A stretch of DNA of 64,000 bases from Azolla caroliniana (Eukaryota; Plantae; Polypodiophyta), in contig JBHGNT010000001.1 of NCBI GenBank assembly GCA_043228905.1, positions 28,706,001 through 28,770,000 of the forward strand. Direction: 5' to 3'. Shown here one piece after another: positions 1 to 13,622 of this stretch (position 1 is the first letter of the stretch; every line of letters begins with the position of its first letter). The notes below the pieces were generated by a model that was not told where the DNA came from, did not search any database, and was given only the letters and a program-made list of their open reading frames with translations. A program made the translations under genes and the position numbers.

Positions 1-31
1 CAAATTTAAGGATTTGTGTCCATTCACTAAC

Positions 32-3000
32 CAATCAGGTAGGTCAAGGAAAGTATTGAAGAACATCCTTGTGCCAGCTACATCTAGCTGCAAAATCAAC
101 TCCAAACCAAACATGAAAAATGCTCGCTGCCGCTTTCTTTCTGTTGGCCATAGAGCATCCCATGCTGTATTGCATTCATTATAGAAAAAAAGGTTTCATT
201 CGCATGCTATAGAAAGCAGTTCACATTGGTTTTTTTGAAGGCATCAAATTTTATATACAGTAGAAAGGATAGAAGACCTTGCAATGCTGCAGCTTTTGCA
301 GATATTTGTGGTACTCTGCTTGGATTGTTGCTGTTGGATCCTGATCTCAATGCTGAAGCTATTGCAGCAGCATATGCTGGTGCTTCCGATAATGAGCGAA
401 CAACTGAATAGCCTGCAAGGTGACAACTAGGATCTTGATGAATGCGGAGATAGATAGCCCCTGACTGTTAGAGGCTCTCTCTTCTTTCTACCATTTATCT
501 TTACCTGTGGCAGGATGTACCATACTTGCAGCTGCACCAAAACCTAAATGTTGTTGTGTAGTGTCTGGTATTGAAACACCAACTGGAATATAGGACCATT
601 CCTGTCATTGAACTCCAAAAATGAAGAATATATGGATTCCATACTGAATATCAATATAATGATTTCACCCACATGATATCAATTTGTTGAGAGTTACCTC
701 TTCCAAAACTTCTGTAATTTTGACATTCATTTTTTTCAGCCGCTTATAAAGTCTGTCCTTCAATTTTCCAAAGGGCAGTAAGGGCCTTGCTGCCAAACAT
801 GTCTCCTGTGTGAAGAAAAAACATGCTAAGGGTAGCGCAAATAAAGCTAAATGTTCTCTTTAAAGTTTACCAGAAAAGCATTCATAGAAAGCTCACCTCA
901 AAAAACACCTGAGTGGATGACATTGGCATTACATACAAAAATGATGGGGGTCCCTCTTCAGGGTTGTCATCATAATCTCTATAATCCATAAAAACCATTG
1001 ATCTGGGATCATATGGGCAGCACTCAACCTGAAACAGACGAGATGCAAGTTTGGGCCACCAAAAAAGGAAACATACTTTTTGTCTGTGCATCACACATGA
1101 TCATATACACCTTTCTTTCATCATAGAGAAGAACAAAAGCTCACATTGACTTCTATGCCATATGCAGTCTGTACACATATCTCAGGCCCTCCTCCCTCAT
1201 AATTGAGGAATCTCCCAGATGCTGCACCTGAGGCAGCAGTGACAAGTCTAGAGGAAATACAGATTCATATGAGTGGCAACTTCTAAAACATAAACAAACA
1301 AATAGGAAAATAGATAGAAAACCAGGCATACCGACAAGACAGAAGCATTCCATTCTCACATAAGACAACACTCCCTCTTTCATTTTCCTCCACTATTTTT
1401 TCCACCTTGGATTCAAGGTATTTTACACCTGCGTCTGCACACCTAGATGGGCAAATAAACAGGATTCATTTAGATAATAATCCAACCATATATTTAAAAT
1501 AATACTCTTGTCAGAATATATTACTCTCCACCTTCTCAACAACTCTTCACGTAATCTTTGCCGGCTAACTCGGCCATATGATCTCCGCATGTTTATAGGA
1601 CTACTTGAGTCCAAGTATACAACAGTATCTTTCCAGGCATGTTCAATGCAATTTTCAAGCCCCAGAGCTGTAGAAACAGACAGTCAATAGTTGGATTAGA
1701 TTCTTTCTTCTATTTATTAGTTGACAGCAATAACAGGAAATATACGCGTACCTGTGAATTCTTCTTCCCACACACCATAATTGTTTGTAAAAGGCAAATC
1801 AGGACCTATGATTCCCACAGTTAGACCTTGTTTAGCTGCCTCAGCTGCCAATGATAATCCTGCTGGCCCACAACCGATCACTATCAGATCCAAAATAGAT
1901 TCATTCTCCTGGATAAGCTCCAACTGCAATTATGCACGAACAAATAAAACAATTAGCATTTAAAGGATGTCATAACATAAAACTCAACATGGCACTTCAT
2001 CAATGTCAATGCACTGGGCCATGCACCTATTGCCAAATAGTGAATTCTGATTTCCCAAAAGTTCATGTGTGTGAGGAATTAAAATGCTGCCTTTTACTGT
2101 CACATCTCTATTGAGCTCGCCAACTGATTTAATATCCTAGAAATTATAAATAGACCTTTTTTCATGAAAAAAATGAGCTAGATTGATCAAATATAGTAAA
2201 AGCTTAGGCTTAGTGCATAAAATTTAAAGAATTAAGTTCAGAGTCTTGATCAACCATATGAATGATGCACTCAAGTTGGACTTCTCATACTGGAAAGTTA
2301 CAAACAAATCTTATTGACCTCATAAATTCTTAGCTTGATCTGTGGGAATTCACAGTTTCAACTAGAAATGAGATGGCAGTTTCTAAGTAATTGCACATCA
2401 AAATCACATAGGCATAGGTTATTGCCAGAAAATGTTTGGAAATGTGTGGCCTGAATTTGGATTACTAACGATTGAAGATTCATCAATATAGTTTCATGGA
2501 CGGACAAATCTGGTCATTTCCCACTGTCATGTTAAGATCCTCTGATGCCTACATATTCCAAGACCGATTCTTTCAAAAACTGCTCAGCTGGCTTGACAAT
2601 AGAAGTGAGATGAAATGTCTCCTTCTGTTTTCTCTATGTACAGTTTTCAAGTAATATACTAAGGTGCATCTTTCTTTGAAAAAAAAAACAAGCTATGCAG
2701 TGATACTTTGGTTGTAGAGCACTTCTAACTCAAGAAAGTGGCCATGTCCCTTGTTATGATACTATCAGGGAACTCTTTGATCTGAACCATTTACAACTAC
2801 TCTTCCAACATTTGAGTTAATTCCTTCCACAAAGAAGAACCTTTTAACAGGCAGTCTTGTCACTTGTGCCCATTGGTGTTTTCAGCCCTTTAGGTGGGGG
2901 TCAGAATTTCAGGTCTTCTTTCTGCACTTATAGCACATCCCAAACATTTTTCGCCTCTCTTCATTTTCAAATTCACAAATTTTATTCCACCATTTGACTT

Positions 3001-4601
3001 AGTTCCTGCTGCAAAGAAGAACCTTTTAACAGGTAGTCTTGTGCTTTGTGCCCATCAGCATTTCCAGCCCTTTTGGTGAGAAACAGAATTTCTGGCCTAG
3101 TTTCCACACTTATGGCACATCCCAAGTACTTTGAAAGACGGAATCAAAGGTCAATAGAGCAACAAGCAAGGCCAAAGACTGAGTGGTTAGTAACCTTCCT
3201 TAATTGAAGTGGAGACCCAATAAAAGAAAATGTCTAAAGATAACTAGTAGGTGATCAACCATACTATCATCGAATGAGGACAATCATCCAGTGTTGCAGG
3301 ATTAGGGAGTTATGACAGAATATGAACAAAAACAATTCTCCATTGGAAAGCAGTTTGTAGGTAGAAGTTATCAGGCTAAAGTTGCTCGACTTAGAATCAT
3401 GTCAGCTTTGATAGGACAAATATGAGATCAGAGAATAGAATCAAAGAAGGATCCATAATGGTGCTTGTTCAGACTTAAACATAATATAGCCAATTTGGCA
3501 TTGCATAGCATTGGAAACCTATAAAACATTCCACAAACTTTCGTCGTGTTTTAATAACAGTTACTATTATGATGATTACAGAAGAACCACGACAACATAA
3601 AGCACATTCCTGGGACACACATTAGATGCTCCTTGCTTGAGGAGTATTAGCATAGGAACAAGCTCCATCCCAACAGACACAGTTGTGCCACTGTAACAGA
3701 ATTGTACACCTACCATTCTTGTATCTTGTTTCTCTCCTCCGTAATGAAATACTACATTTTGTTTGATACCATTGTTATGCCATTTGTTTCCTTGCTAGGT
3801 GAAGATAGGTCCTTATATAAAGTTTTCATCCTTGATGATTTCCAGTGTATCCGGTATAACCATGAAAAACCATTACAACTCTGATTTCCAGACAGGGGTG
3901 CATGACAAGAACATAATTTGTACAAGCATATGCATAGCTATGCATCAGCAACAGGGGTCAGTTTAAGGATAGGTTTAGAGCCTAATAGAATGCAGTCTGG
4001 ATGTTTAGGGAAGAATCCAATATAAACCAGATGCATAAGAAACAGGGAGACCCAGTGTTGATTTCTCATGGTAAATTTTTATTAAGCTGATCCCATATCG
4101 TGTGCATTGCTCGTGCATTTTAAATAGGGAGGGTGCATCTGTCTCATCATTATAAGACTTGGGGAGGGAGTAATGAAACATTACGTTCGCCAGCATTCAG
4201 AATGAACCAGTATTCACAAATGAAATTAGGTGGCATCATCACCATTCGTGTGGGTTTCGTAAATGACCTTCTCTCACCTTATCCACAATGTGAGGTTGTC
4301 GCAAGTCCTTTACTGCTTGCATCTGCACAAATTCGATCTCACTTCCTCCTCCTTTCATGAAATCCACCTCATCTTTGAAAGCTGTTCCTGGCACATCTGC
4401 TATATCGATTGCAGAGCATTTAGGGAACAAACGACGTACACTCCTCCGCACCTGAAAATGGCTCTTCACAGGAGAGCGGCGATGGGGCCATCTCTTGACG
4501 GTCACACGAGACGCTGATTCTGCTGCTCGCTGTGGGTTGACATTCTTAGTTTGGCGAGCAATGGGGATACGCCTCAGGAGATGAGCCACCTCTAGCTCCA
4601 T
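32..4601 (-). CDS. LCYE: Lycopene epsilon-cyclase, 3'-incomplete. Exons: 4601-4278, 1923-1752, 1667-1532, 1442-1332, 1247-1145, 1028-897, 805-698, 601-505, 412-278, 164-32; continues beyond the window
   Basis: Spliced translation gives a transit-like N-terminus, GGSEIEFVQMQ, the FAD motif DLIVIGCGPAGLSLA, FTNNYGVWEEEF, VQTAYGIEV, FLYVMPMSSTQVFFEETCL, EEWSYIPVG, GAAASMVHPATGYSVVRSLSEAP and AWDALWPTERKRQRAFFMFG. All introns are GT-AG. The intron-rich structure favours epsilon- over beta-cyclase. Confidence 0.93.
2803..3125. repeat. Diverged direct duplication (~140-bp units, ~182 bp apart) in LCYE intron 1
   Basis: 2803-2943 and 2985-3125 share CAAAGAAGAACCTTTTAACAGG.AGTCTTGT...TGTGCCCAT...CAGCCCTTT...CAGAATTTC...CACTTAT.GCACATCCCAA. 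Confidence 0.85.
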
Positions 4602-4617
4602 AGCTAGCTCGGGGAAA

Positions 4618-4626
4618 TTAGGGTTT
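4618..4626 (-). promoter_or_regulatory. Telo-box (AAACCCTAA) just upstream of the LCYE ATG
   Basis: TTAGGGTTT on the + strand, 17 nt upstream of the start codon at 4601. Confidence 0.4.
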
Positions 4627-4805
4627 TAGGGGTTCCGATAACAGAACCCTAGACAGAGGGAAAGAGACAGAGAGAGACAGGGAGGAAGGAGAGAGAGGTT
4701 CTCTCCTCAATGTTGAATTGTGGCATCTACGTGTCATCTCCTTATTGGGCAATCGTTCCTGGATAAGCCTCTCATTCTCGCAGTCATTCCATTGGAATAA
4801 TTCTA

Positions 4806-4808
<3 letters not shown>

Positions 4809-4839
<31 letters not shown>

Positions 4840-4862
4840 GTATGTATGTATGTGCATGTGCA

Positions 4863-4919
<57 letters not shown>

Positions 4920-4925
4920 GTGTGT
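4809..4925. repeat. Compound microsatellite (TTTC)n + (TATGTG)n
   Basis: Directly visible repeat runs upstream of LCYE. Confidence 0.95.
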
Positions 4926-5639
4926 ATAGAGAGAGACAGCCTAGCAATAAATGTTGGTCTCCTCCCTTAACCTCCTCGAGCTCCCCTCTATGGCATCCCC
5001 AATTCTAGCGACAAATTAGCGTTAAATGTATAGGTAGAATAGATGCACATGTACATCCCCTCCTTAGTGTTCCTATTTTATCTATCACGTCGAGTGTGGG
5101 ATTCTCAAAAAACAATCGTGCAAGGAAAACCCCCTACTTTTGATGGAATGGACATAATTGTCTCTAAATGACTTCTTTTTTTTAACATTGTTATTGTGCC
5201 CCACGTACATTAGTCTCCAAGACGTGAACTATTGAGACTCCCTGACCTTTTAAGATGCTTTTAATATTACGAGGTTGACATTTGAAGGGATAGAAATTCC
5301 TAGTGAGCGAGTTCATGATGAATTTCTCCATGGCACCCAGTATTCATGAATAGGTACAAATTTTCTATAAGCGAAACATCTTGTTAGTATTCATATAAAA
5401 GAGTTGGTGCATTGTTTCTTGGAAAAAGAGAAAAGAATGAGTTTTTTTTACCAAAAAAACACTACTTCAGGATAGATGTTGAGTATAGTTATAGTATATG
5501 CGGAACCAAAGGCAAACTTGAAGTTTTAGATTACCAGCTAGGGTGGACAGCCAGGTGAAGAGCTTTAGTATATGCGGAACCACATTCAGCTAATTTTGTT
5601 TGCAACATGAAGTTTTTAAGAGACTCTAACAATGGACAA

Positions 5640-5800
5640 TTGAAGATGTGTTTCAGACACTCCAAACTACAGATGTGGTCTCATGGAATGCAATGGTGAT
5701 AGAGCTTATAGAACATGGATATTTCAATGTATCATTAACTATTTTCACATGTTGGAGATTGATACTATGGTCCCCGATGCTATCCCCTTTTTGTGTGGTA
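5640..5800 (+). pseudogene. Degenerate PLS-PPR gene fragment
   Basis: Reads EDVFQTLQTTDVVSWNAMVIELIEHG, then after a frameshift MVPDAIPF. This matches the S/P-motif pattern seen in the intact PPR at 54.6 kb. Confidence 0.6.
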
Positions 5801-6448
5801 TACTAGCTTATCGTATAAAAGGTGTTATTGGAAAAGACTGAGAGTTGTTTTCATGGATTATAATTAGCCTTATCTTGCCAAATGACATCGCTTATATTTG
5901 GTCCTTTCTTTGATTATATAGACTTGTGGAGAGGGAAAATATTATGTACTATTTGTATACTGCGTTTGACATTTTTAATTTGAATACCAATGGAGCATAT
6001 TTTTTATGGAAAAGAAAAACACTATTTCACATTAGTCAGCAAACAAAATACAACAAAGTTCAACCCGAATCTAGAGTGGTATCAATATATACAACACAGA
6101 GGAACAACTCCAAAGCCAACAAAACTCGCGCAGCCATAAAACCTTCATTGTGATATTGATAGCATATTTGTGAGAAAGTCCTTTGAATAACATTTCACTA
6201 TCAACCAAGATTTTTAAGAATATAAGATGGGTCAATCAAGGCATGGAACAAGTTATTAAAACATGTCAATGGCTTGAAGAAAGGACACGTCAAGGTACAA
6301 TCATGGATGTATGTGGTTACAACGCGCTAAGAGAATATTATTGAAGTTGAAAACTATATGGAGATAGTTGAGAAGGGAAATGTTAAAAAATAGACACCCT
6401 TAAACTTCTACCATCATTATAAAGTTGATCATGAGTCCAATGGGAATA

Positions 6449-6700
6449 TGCTATGTCATTTTGTTGAGAAATCGGCTTTTTGCGGTTTTGACGGTTGATG
6501 TTAAAATGAATTGATGGAAAGGCTCAATCAAGATTAGAGCCTAACGCATAATTTGATTCAACATGAGGAAGCTTTGCTATGTCATTTTGTTGAGAAATCA
6601 ACTTTTTGGGGTTTTGAAGGTTGACGTTAAAATGAATTGATGGAAAGGCTCAATCAAGATTAGAGCCTAACGCATAATTTGATTCAACATGAGGAAGCTT
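6449..6700. repeat. Tandem duplication, 2 x 126 bp, near identical
   Basis: TGCTATGTCATTTTGTTGAGAAATC...CAACATGAGGAAGCTT starts at 6449 and again at 6575. Confidence 0.95.
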
Positions 6701-6959
6701 ACCAAGTAACATGACACTAAAAGTGTAGCTTGATTAAATGCATTCTTGCAAGAAAGTTGCTTGAAGAATATTTCACTATCAACCAAGATTATAATTTGTA
6801 GTTGCAACTTGATTAGGTTCATAAAAAGTTGTCTATGTTTATTATTGTTGCTTTTTTTGAAGGCATGAACATTTGATCCATGTTTGTCCCTCTATTAGAT
6901 GTAAAATGTGGCAAATGTGTAGTCATTGTTGAGAACTAAAATGTGTTGTTCAGATTGCT

Positions 6960-8601
6960 CTCCTCGCTTAGGCGCCCCCTGGCCGAAGGATGTAAATTGG
7001 ATATTTAGGGAAACTTTCCGAGTACCTTCAGCCAATAGATGGGAAGATAAATTTATTAGGACATTATTTTCAACATGGAAACATGTATTACCTGATTTGC
7101 TTCCTAATAAACCTGATCCCAAACATTATGTTGACTATCTCAGACAAAAGATAGTTTGGAACTCGTTGTTTACAACATCAGATGGTTCAGTATTGGGTTC
7201 TAGACAATGGCTAGCGTGGGGGAAAATGACAGAAGGTCCAGCGAAAACAGTTCAGACTTGGAAAGAGTTTTTATCACATTCATTGAAAGAGCAAAAAGAA
7301 ATCCTCCATAGTATGCACGACGGCCAAATAATGTTTCAACAAATTCAGGAAGCAATGAGTAGAATTCCCATACCACGCAATAATGTTAATCATAGATGGG
7401 TTGGGGTTTTTTCAAGATTGGAAGTACTCTTGGCTGTGAAGGGATATTCAAATGATAACACATACCGGTTTTTTGAGGTGGATGAAACAAACCAATTATC
7501 TCAGTCCCCGAAAATGTTGATAGATTACCCCTACGCTATTGAGCACAAGATAAGGGTCATTGGATATGCTGACCGTGAATGGTATATTGATCCGATGATA
7601 GAGGAAATAAGGCCACATTGGAAGTTGTGGGTGTTAGCTAAAAAACCGATATTCATATTAGACTGGAACCCAATTGATTATCAGTGGACAAATCCTTACA
7701 CAAGTAACAAGTTCAATTTCTTCCAATATTCTATACAATTGGGAAGGCATGTACTTTTAGATACACGTGATGTGCTGCCAACTGCATCTCAATATTGGAA
7801 TCAACAAGGTATTACTCCCTAGTTCCTTGCAAAATTCAGGGTTATTTTATGGGCAAGAAAACAACCACAAAAAATATTGCATGTACAATGGTTAGTTGTA
7901 CATCAGGCCTTGCCGGTAGGCACATGGTTGCATAGAATGGGAGTATCTTCTGATTGTATTCGATGTCAATTTCAAATGGAAACTCAAAAACATTGTTTAT
8001 GGGAATGTATTGAGTCTCAACAGATATGGCAACAACTGCTTAGAATTTTTGGTAATTATTTTCCCCCATTGGTTTTCACTTGGGGCATGGTGGTTTGGAC
8101 ATCACTTGTCCCGTGATGTGTTCCATTATGACAATGAATCTATGGAGCATGGTTTTTTCACTAAATATGGAAGTGTTCATACATTACTGCAACTATCATT
8201 ACAATTTTCAAGAGTAAGGAAGGAAGTCCAACCAGTATGGGAGATACTGAGTAGTACTGTAGTATATCACATTTGGAAGGCAAGGTGTTCTCTCGTTTTC
8301 CAGCAAATTAAAACACCACCAGTTGAAGTGGTTTCAAGCATTTGGTTAGACATAGTTCATACTTTGAAAGGTCAATGGATGGTATAGTCGGAGATTCTGA
8401 TGCTAAAATTGCTCAACGGAGTCAGTTTCTTAGTATTTTGACAGCTACTCCATTCTTGACATCGAATTACCGCACTCCTTATTGGCATTTTCAGCCACCG
8501 AAATGGTTGTTTCCCCCGCCAATCACATAGAGGTTCAAAATATTGTAAATTGGTTATACTAATGATAGGATATCTTTACTTAAAATAAATTTTAGAAAAA
8601 A
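6960..8601 (+). mobile_element. 5'-truncated, decayed L1-type LINE (C-terminal part of ORF2 including zf-RVT, 3' UTR, A-rich tail)
   Basis: ORF pieces 6926-7822, 7877-8116, 8010-8387 and 8342-8530 are colinear with the LINE at 61.5-63.0 kb (PWP..NW, LAWGK, LDW.P.D..W, C..C....ET.KHCLWEC, IWKARC..VFQ, QPP.WLFP). One stop and two frameshifts; ends in TTTAGAAAAAAA. Confidence 0.9.
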
Positions 8602-9645
8602 ACTTACATGTAAGCACAAAACATACATCACCTCTCGGTAACTCACCATGCAACCTCTTCCACTAGGATTCGTTTCCATTTAATTAACTTGGGCATGCCG
8701 ATTGTTCAAATTGATGTAACCAAACTTTAGTGTCGTGGATTCACATTTGACAATTTGGACATCTTCACTTAGTCAGTGTAAAATCTATTGGAAAACAACA
8801 TAGAATCCTACATAACAATGCGTGGGTATACCGTTGTGGATGGAATGCTTGGTTGAGTGGCGAACATAACAACGTTAATGTGAAACAAGGTTATCTACTC
8901 TCTTTGAGCACTACCATGATGAGATAATCAAGTTTATCATTGATAGACATGGAACAAACACGCAGATAACGATCAAGAATTCCATAGTTTTATTGATGCT
9001 TGACCCAAACTTTTACGAAACCACATGTATGCATCGAATGATTAGACTATATGATAGGGTGTCATTGTGGCCCTCGAGGGGGAATAACTATGCTAAAGAG
9101 GCAAAGGGGACCAAAGTAAGGTCGATGCAAAGGAGTGAGACATTAGTGGCAATGTATGCTAGATGGGTGAGTATATGCACACAAGCTTTGATGGAGCGAA
9201 GTGGAAAGAGCCCCATGTCAATGTGAAGGGGTGGTGGTCAGGACAGAGACACACTAGAACTCTTTGTTAAGTTGTAGTGACCATATATAGGTAGTGGAGT
9301 GGGCAGACATGGGGGAGCCTTTAGTGTCATGCCATGTGTGTCTCTCTTTCTATCTCAAATATGTACATACACATACATATGTATATACATATTTCTTTGT
9401 TTTCTTTCTCATAATGGAGGAGGACACATGTGATGTTATATGATATGTGTAATAGTATGTATGTTTGAGCACCAACAAAAAGAAGAGAGGGGAAGAAGAA
9501 GAAGAAGAAGAAGAAGAGTCCTTTCCTTCCTTCCTTCAAGTTTTTAGAAAGTCTGCGACAGGCCCTGCCCCTGCTTCCACACAGTCAATCTCCCTCGTAT
9601 TGTCCGAGATAGACCTTGGCTCTGTTGGGTTCTCAAATTCCAGCC

Positions 9646-9780
9646 ATGGCTCAGCCTCTCATCTCCAAAGTCGCTATCGTTGCAGAGTGGGTGGCGTTGC
9701 CTGCAGCCATCGTCGTGGCCTTCTTCGCAACACCCAAACCTCCTGCTCCTCAGACCCAGACCCAGATTGAGCAGAAATGA
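9646..9780 (+). CDS. Candidate 44-aa single-transmembrane microprotein (MAQPLISKVAIVAEWVALPAAIVVAFFATPKPPAPQTQTQIEQK); probable 3'-UTR intron 9785-11618
   Basis: gccATGG start context, GC-rich coding-like composition and a ~20-aa hydrophobic stretch. AG|GTAAAC donor just after the stop and a strong T-rich TTTTGTAG acceptor ending at 11618. Shorter than the 60-aa minimum seen in the ORF track. Confidence 0.6.
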   Translation: MAQPLISKVAIVAEWVALPAAIVVAFFATPKPPAPQTQTQIEQK

Positions 9781-12700
9781 ACAAGGTAAACGTTTCTTCT
9801 CGTGTGTAGCTTTCTTCGCCACTTTCAAGATATTATTCTGAGATTGAGAGAGATAGACAGATAGATAGAGACTAATATTCAATGCACAACAATGATGTTA
9901 AGAACTCAAATCTGACGAAGATCCTCCGCAAGTGGGAAATTTCAGTGCTGGATTATAACAGGACGTCCGATGTCTGTTTACTCTCCTCTAAATTGTTTAC
10001 GGTATTTTAAATCTTACTATAGTAGATTGATGATGGTTTATGGTGGATCTAAGCAATGTGAATGTTTGCAAGAGTGGTAGCAAAGCGATGAAACAGTAGA
10101 TTTCTTGTGACATCAGAGATCCATGACCAAGTTCTACAAGTGATACACAATGATTAGAGTAACCCATAAGAATGATGTCAAGATATATTACAAACATTGT
10201 AGCAGCACCCATAACCTTTGACAAGGCTTTCCATATGTAGCCAACAACAGTTTGCTAAAATGATTACTGTAAAATAAATTGGAATTGGAAAACAAAAACG
10301 AGTCTTTCCACATTATGCTGTTAACTGAATTTGTGGCTTTTTGCAAGGTAGTGCATATACTTTTAATTGGAATGGCATATGCAAAACATTGGGTGGAATA
10401 AATGAACACCAGACAAACCATCTCACTGACCCAGGACCTTGGTAACAATTAAGTATATGAAGAAATGCTAATGTTGGACACTCTTATGATATGGTATGTG
10501 CAATTATCTTGTGGGAATCATCTTCCATGAGGTGTTAACATGTCCCAAAACTGTCAACAATATCTAAAGGCTCCTGATTGTGGACTTGATACTTTTTTTA
10601 TCATTCAGAAGAGTATCTTTGATATGCAATCACTAGTTGTTGGGTTTAAGAAAAATACAAACACAAGTTGCAACCACCTGAAAAATAGGAAGGGTGTAAG
10701 GAACAATTATTGTCCCAGTTAATTTAGCCAGCTAATCTATCAGGTAACCATGTTGCAATAAAATGTTACATAATTCATACCCTCAATTCTGCATACTTCT
10801 GGATCATAGAATGTCTACAACTCTTTTATATTGCACTGGTTCCAGCTGATAAAAATCTTTATGCCTTTGGTCCATCGACAAACAGCCAAAAGATTGGTGT
10901 GATGATGGATTTCCTCAATAGACACATAGGATGGGACGATCCTCCAATTAGTTGTGAAAACTGTTGGTAGAAATGAGATTGCGGTATAGTGGTGATTGCC
11001 AAGATCCTATGAGAATCATTTACCTGCTGGCTCTTTCTGTTGCAATGACTTCTAATACGCACCATTGGTGCAATCAGCAAATGGGCCTCTATCCTTGAAC
11101 TCTGTTAAGATAACAAGGAGAGAAACTATGATGTGAAAATGAGATAACATAGTAGTGTGATAACAAGAAACTCTGAATACAAATTGTTTTAGGTGAAATG
11201 GATCTGAAACATCAAACAGCTTCACAGCCAAAATGTTTGTGAGTTTTGATGTGTTTTGACTGGATTCTCTGTTTTTAAAGCCTCTTTCCTTTGAAATATA
11301 TGAGAATAACAGTGTATTTTATGACTCTTAATTTCTTGGAGTAAAAAACTTAAAATTATTTGTTAGCTCTCCACTTCTACATCCTTACACATCTGCAATC
11401 TTAATATGAGTATGAAAGTTCCTAAAATATATGCACGATTCTGTTGTGTTTTGCATCCATATTTGTTATGCTATGTGTAAAAAAGCATTGCTAAGCTCCA
11501 GATGGTTTGTTTTGCTACCATACTTCAGTGGAGGAATGATATGAATGTATTTTCTGGTATTTGTGAAAGAGCATCATAACATCCATGCATTTTGTAAGTT
11601 TGTTTTATTTTTTTGTAGGTATTCCAGGCCAATAATGCGGAACTACACATTTTGATAAGATTGTTACTCGATTGTTGGTCACTGAATAGTTTGGCAGGAA
11701 CATTTGTATTTCATGTTTATGAGAATATGATGGGAAGAATAAGTTATTGCCTTTGTTTCCTCATTATAGTAGTTGCATATTTAGTACAATAATTGCAGTG
11801 TTTCAATATTCAACTACTTTATCGCATTAGCAGTATAAGATATATATACAATATATTTTATGTGACTGTCCATAAGAAATATAAAATATATGTATAAATG
11901 AACTCTCTTGAGGTTGTGAGGCAAATGGTTTCTCAACAAAGTTCTTATGTTAAAGGTATAGTGTAAATAAGTTTTCATTTGAAGACATTGCTCATCCTTC
12001 ACCAGTCCTAGGTGGTTTACATCGTGACTATACAATTGAGTGTGTAGTTTAATCAAGTGTATTTTTATATTATGAATTAGTTTTCAGGTGAAGACACTGT
12101 TGATTCTCACACAAGTCTTTGGACATCGTGACTTTACTACGATGGATTATTGGGTTTTAGCATGTGTATTTCTACTAGAACATCTCATATGCTCTTGGTT
12201 TAGGTCAATTGTTTGTATGTTTTTAATTCATTGTATGGATAGCAAATGATCATAGTTCCAATTTTGCTCCAAAATTTGGTGTTTTTTTTTTTTCCAAAAA
12301 ACAAAATTTGGTGTTTCAGCCACTAGCACAAGGACATGTATAAATTATTTTATATCTATACCAGATTATTCCATTGTGAAGCTTCTAATCAAGGAGTTTG
12401 TACTTATAATGTGTAAATGAGTATATATTCTCCCTTACTTTGAAGTATGTCCCATCTGAAGTCTTTGAAAGTATGTCTTGCTCCATGATGCAAGCATTAC
12501 ATTTCTCATATGAAATAGAACGACATAACAACCCCCCCTCAAATTGTCCTTCACAAATTCTCTCTCTCTATCTATTTGTATACGCATATATGTGTCCTCT
12601 CTTTATAGTAACTGTAAAATGGTTAGCCAAGGAACTCACACTTGATGAATTGTAAAGGCAACAAATTTGAGAAAATGGATTGACCATGTAAAGTAGCCAT

Positions 12701-13622
12701 GCTTGAAGTTTTTCTCAAAGGATGGACAAGCATCTAACAGTTTTGACCCTTCAAAGTATCCATACCCCCTAAAACCTCATCATTGTGATTTTTGTTTGTT
12801 GAACCACAACAAGGTAGGTGGCAAAAGTAGGTGAGGCAAAGCAAATGGTGGCTTAATGTAAGTGGTGAGGGGATGAGGTGAGTCATCGTAGTTAGGATAG
12901 AGTGAAGCAACTTTGCGGTAATGAACAATAGTGATTGAGCAATGCTGTCAATGACGTTTTCTATGGTGATGAGTTGCAATGCCATTGTTTATGGTGGTGG
13001 TAGTAGTGATGGGCCATGTGTGTGTGAGAGAGAGAGATTGGAGGGGAGTGGGTGAAATTGTGGTGGCCACCATCATCTTCATCATTGGGGCATACACCAA
13101 TGTTCTTATTACGTGTGTGCATCATTGTTGTGGTTGTGCAACAAGTTTATGGTAAAGCTGGAGTTGTTCAACAAGCTCCAAGTGTCTAACCAAGATATAG
13201 CTCTGGATTATTCTTGCGATGGGTGCTAGCTATGTAAGCTAAGGTGGTTGTTGGGTGCATTGCGGCCATTAGCTAATATCAGGACTCACGGGGGTGCATG
13301 TGTCTTCGTTTCAACGTCTTTCCGCTTCGGCAACTCTTTGTTAAAAAGATCTTCAGGAGAGGGGCCAATTATAACATTGAACGAGTCGTATCCAAGTACA
13401 TAGTGTCAAAACCTAGCAAAGCTACTACTGAATCCAAGTACATTTGGTCTGAACATAGCAAAGCTATCACTGAATTATTGTTATTGTTATTGTATTTATT
13501 GTCATTATATGCTGCTTCTTCTGAATCCTGATAACATTTGTGTAACGTGGATAAGGAAGCAAGGAAATCAAATGAAATAAACTAACGCAAAAGAAGCTCA
13601 GGTTCAGTTTCTGCTGCCAGCT

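Noticed and set aside
4618-5008. ORFs with THTHTH/VCVCVC runs
   Set aside because: Translations of microsatellites.
6930-8612. TSD for the 7-kb LINE fragment (AGAACTAAAATGT versus AAAACTTACATGT)
   Set aside because: Too mismatched and AT-rich to call.
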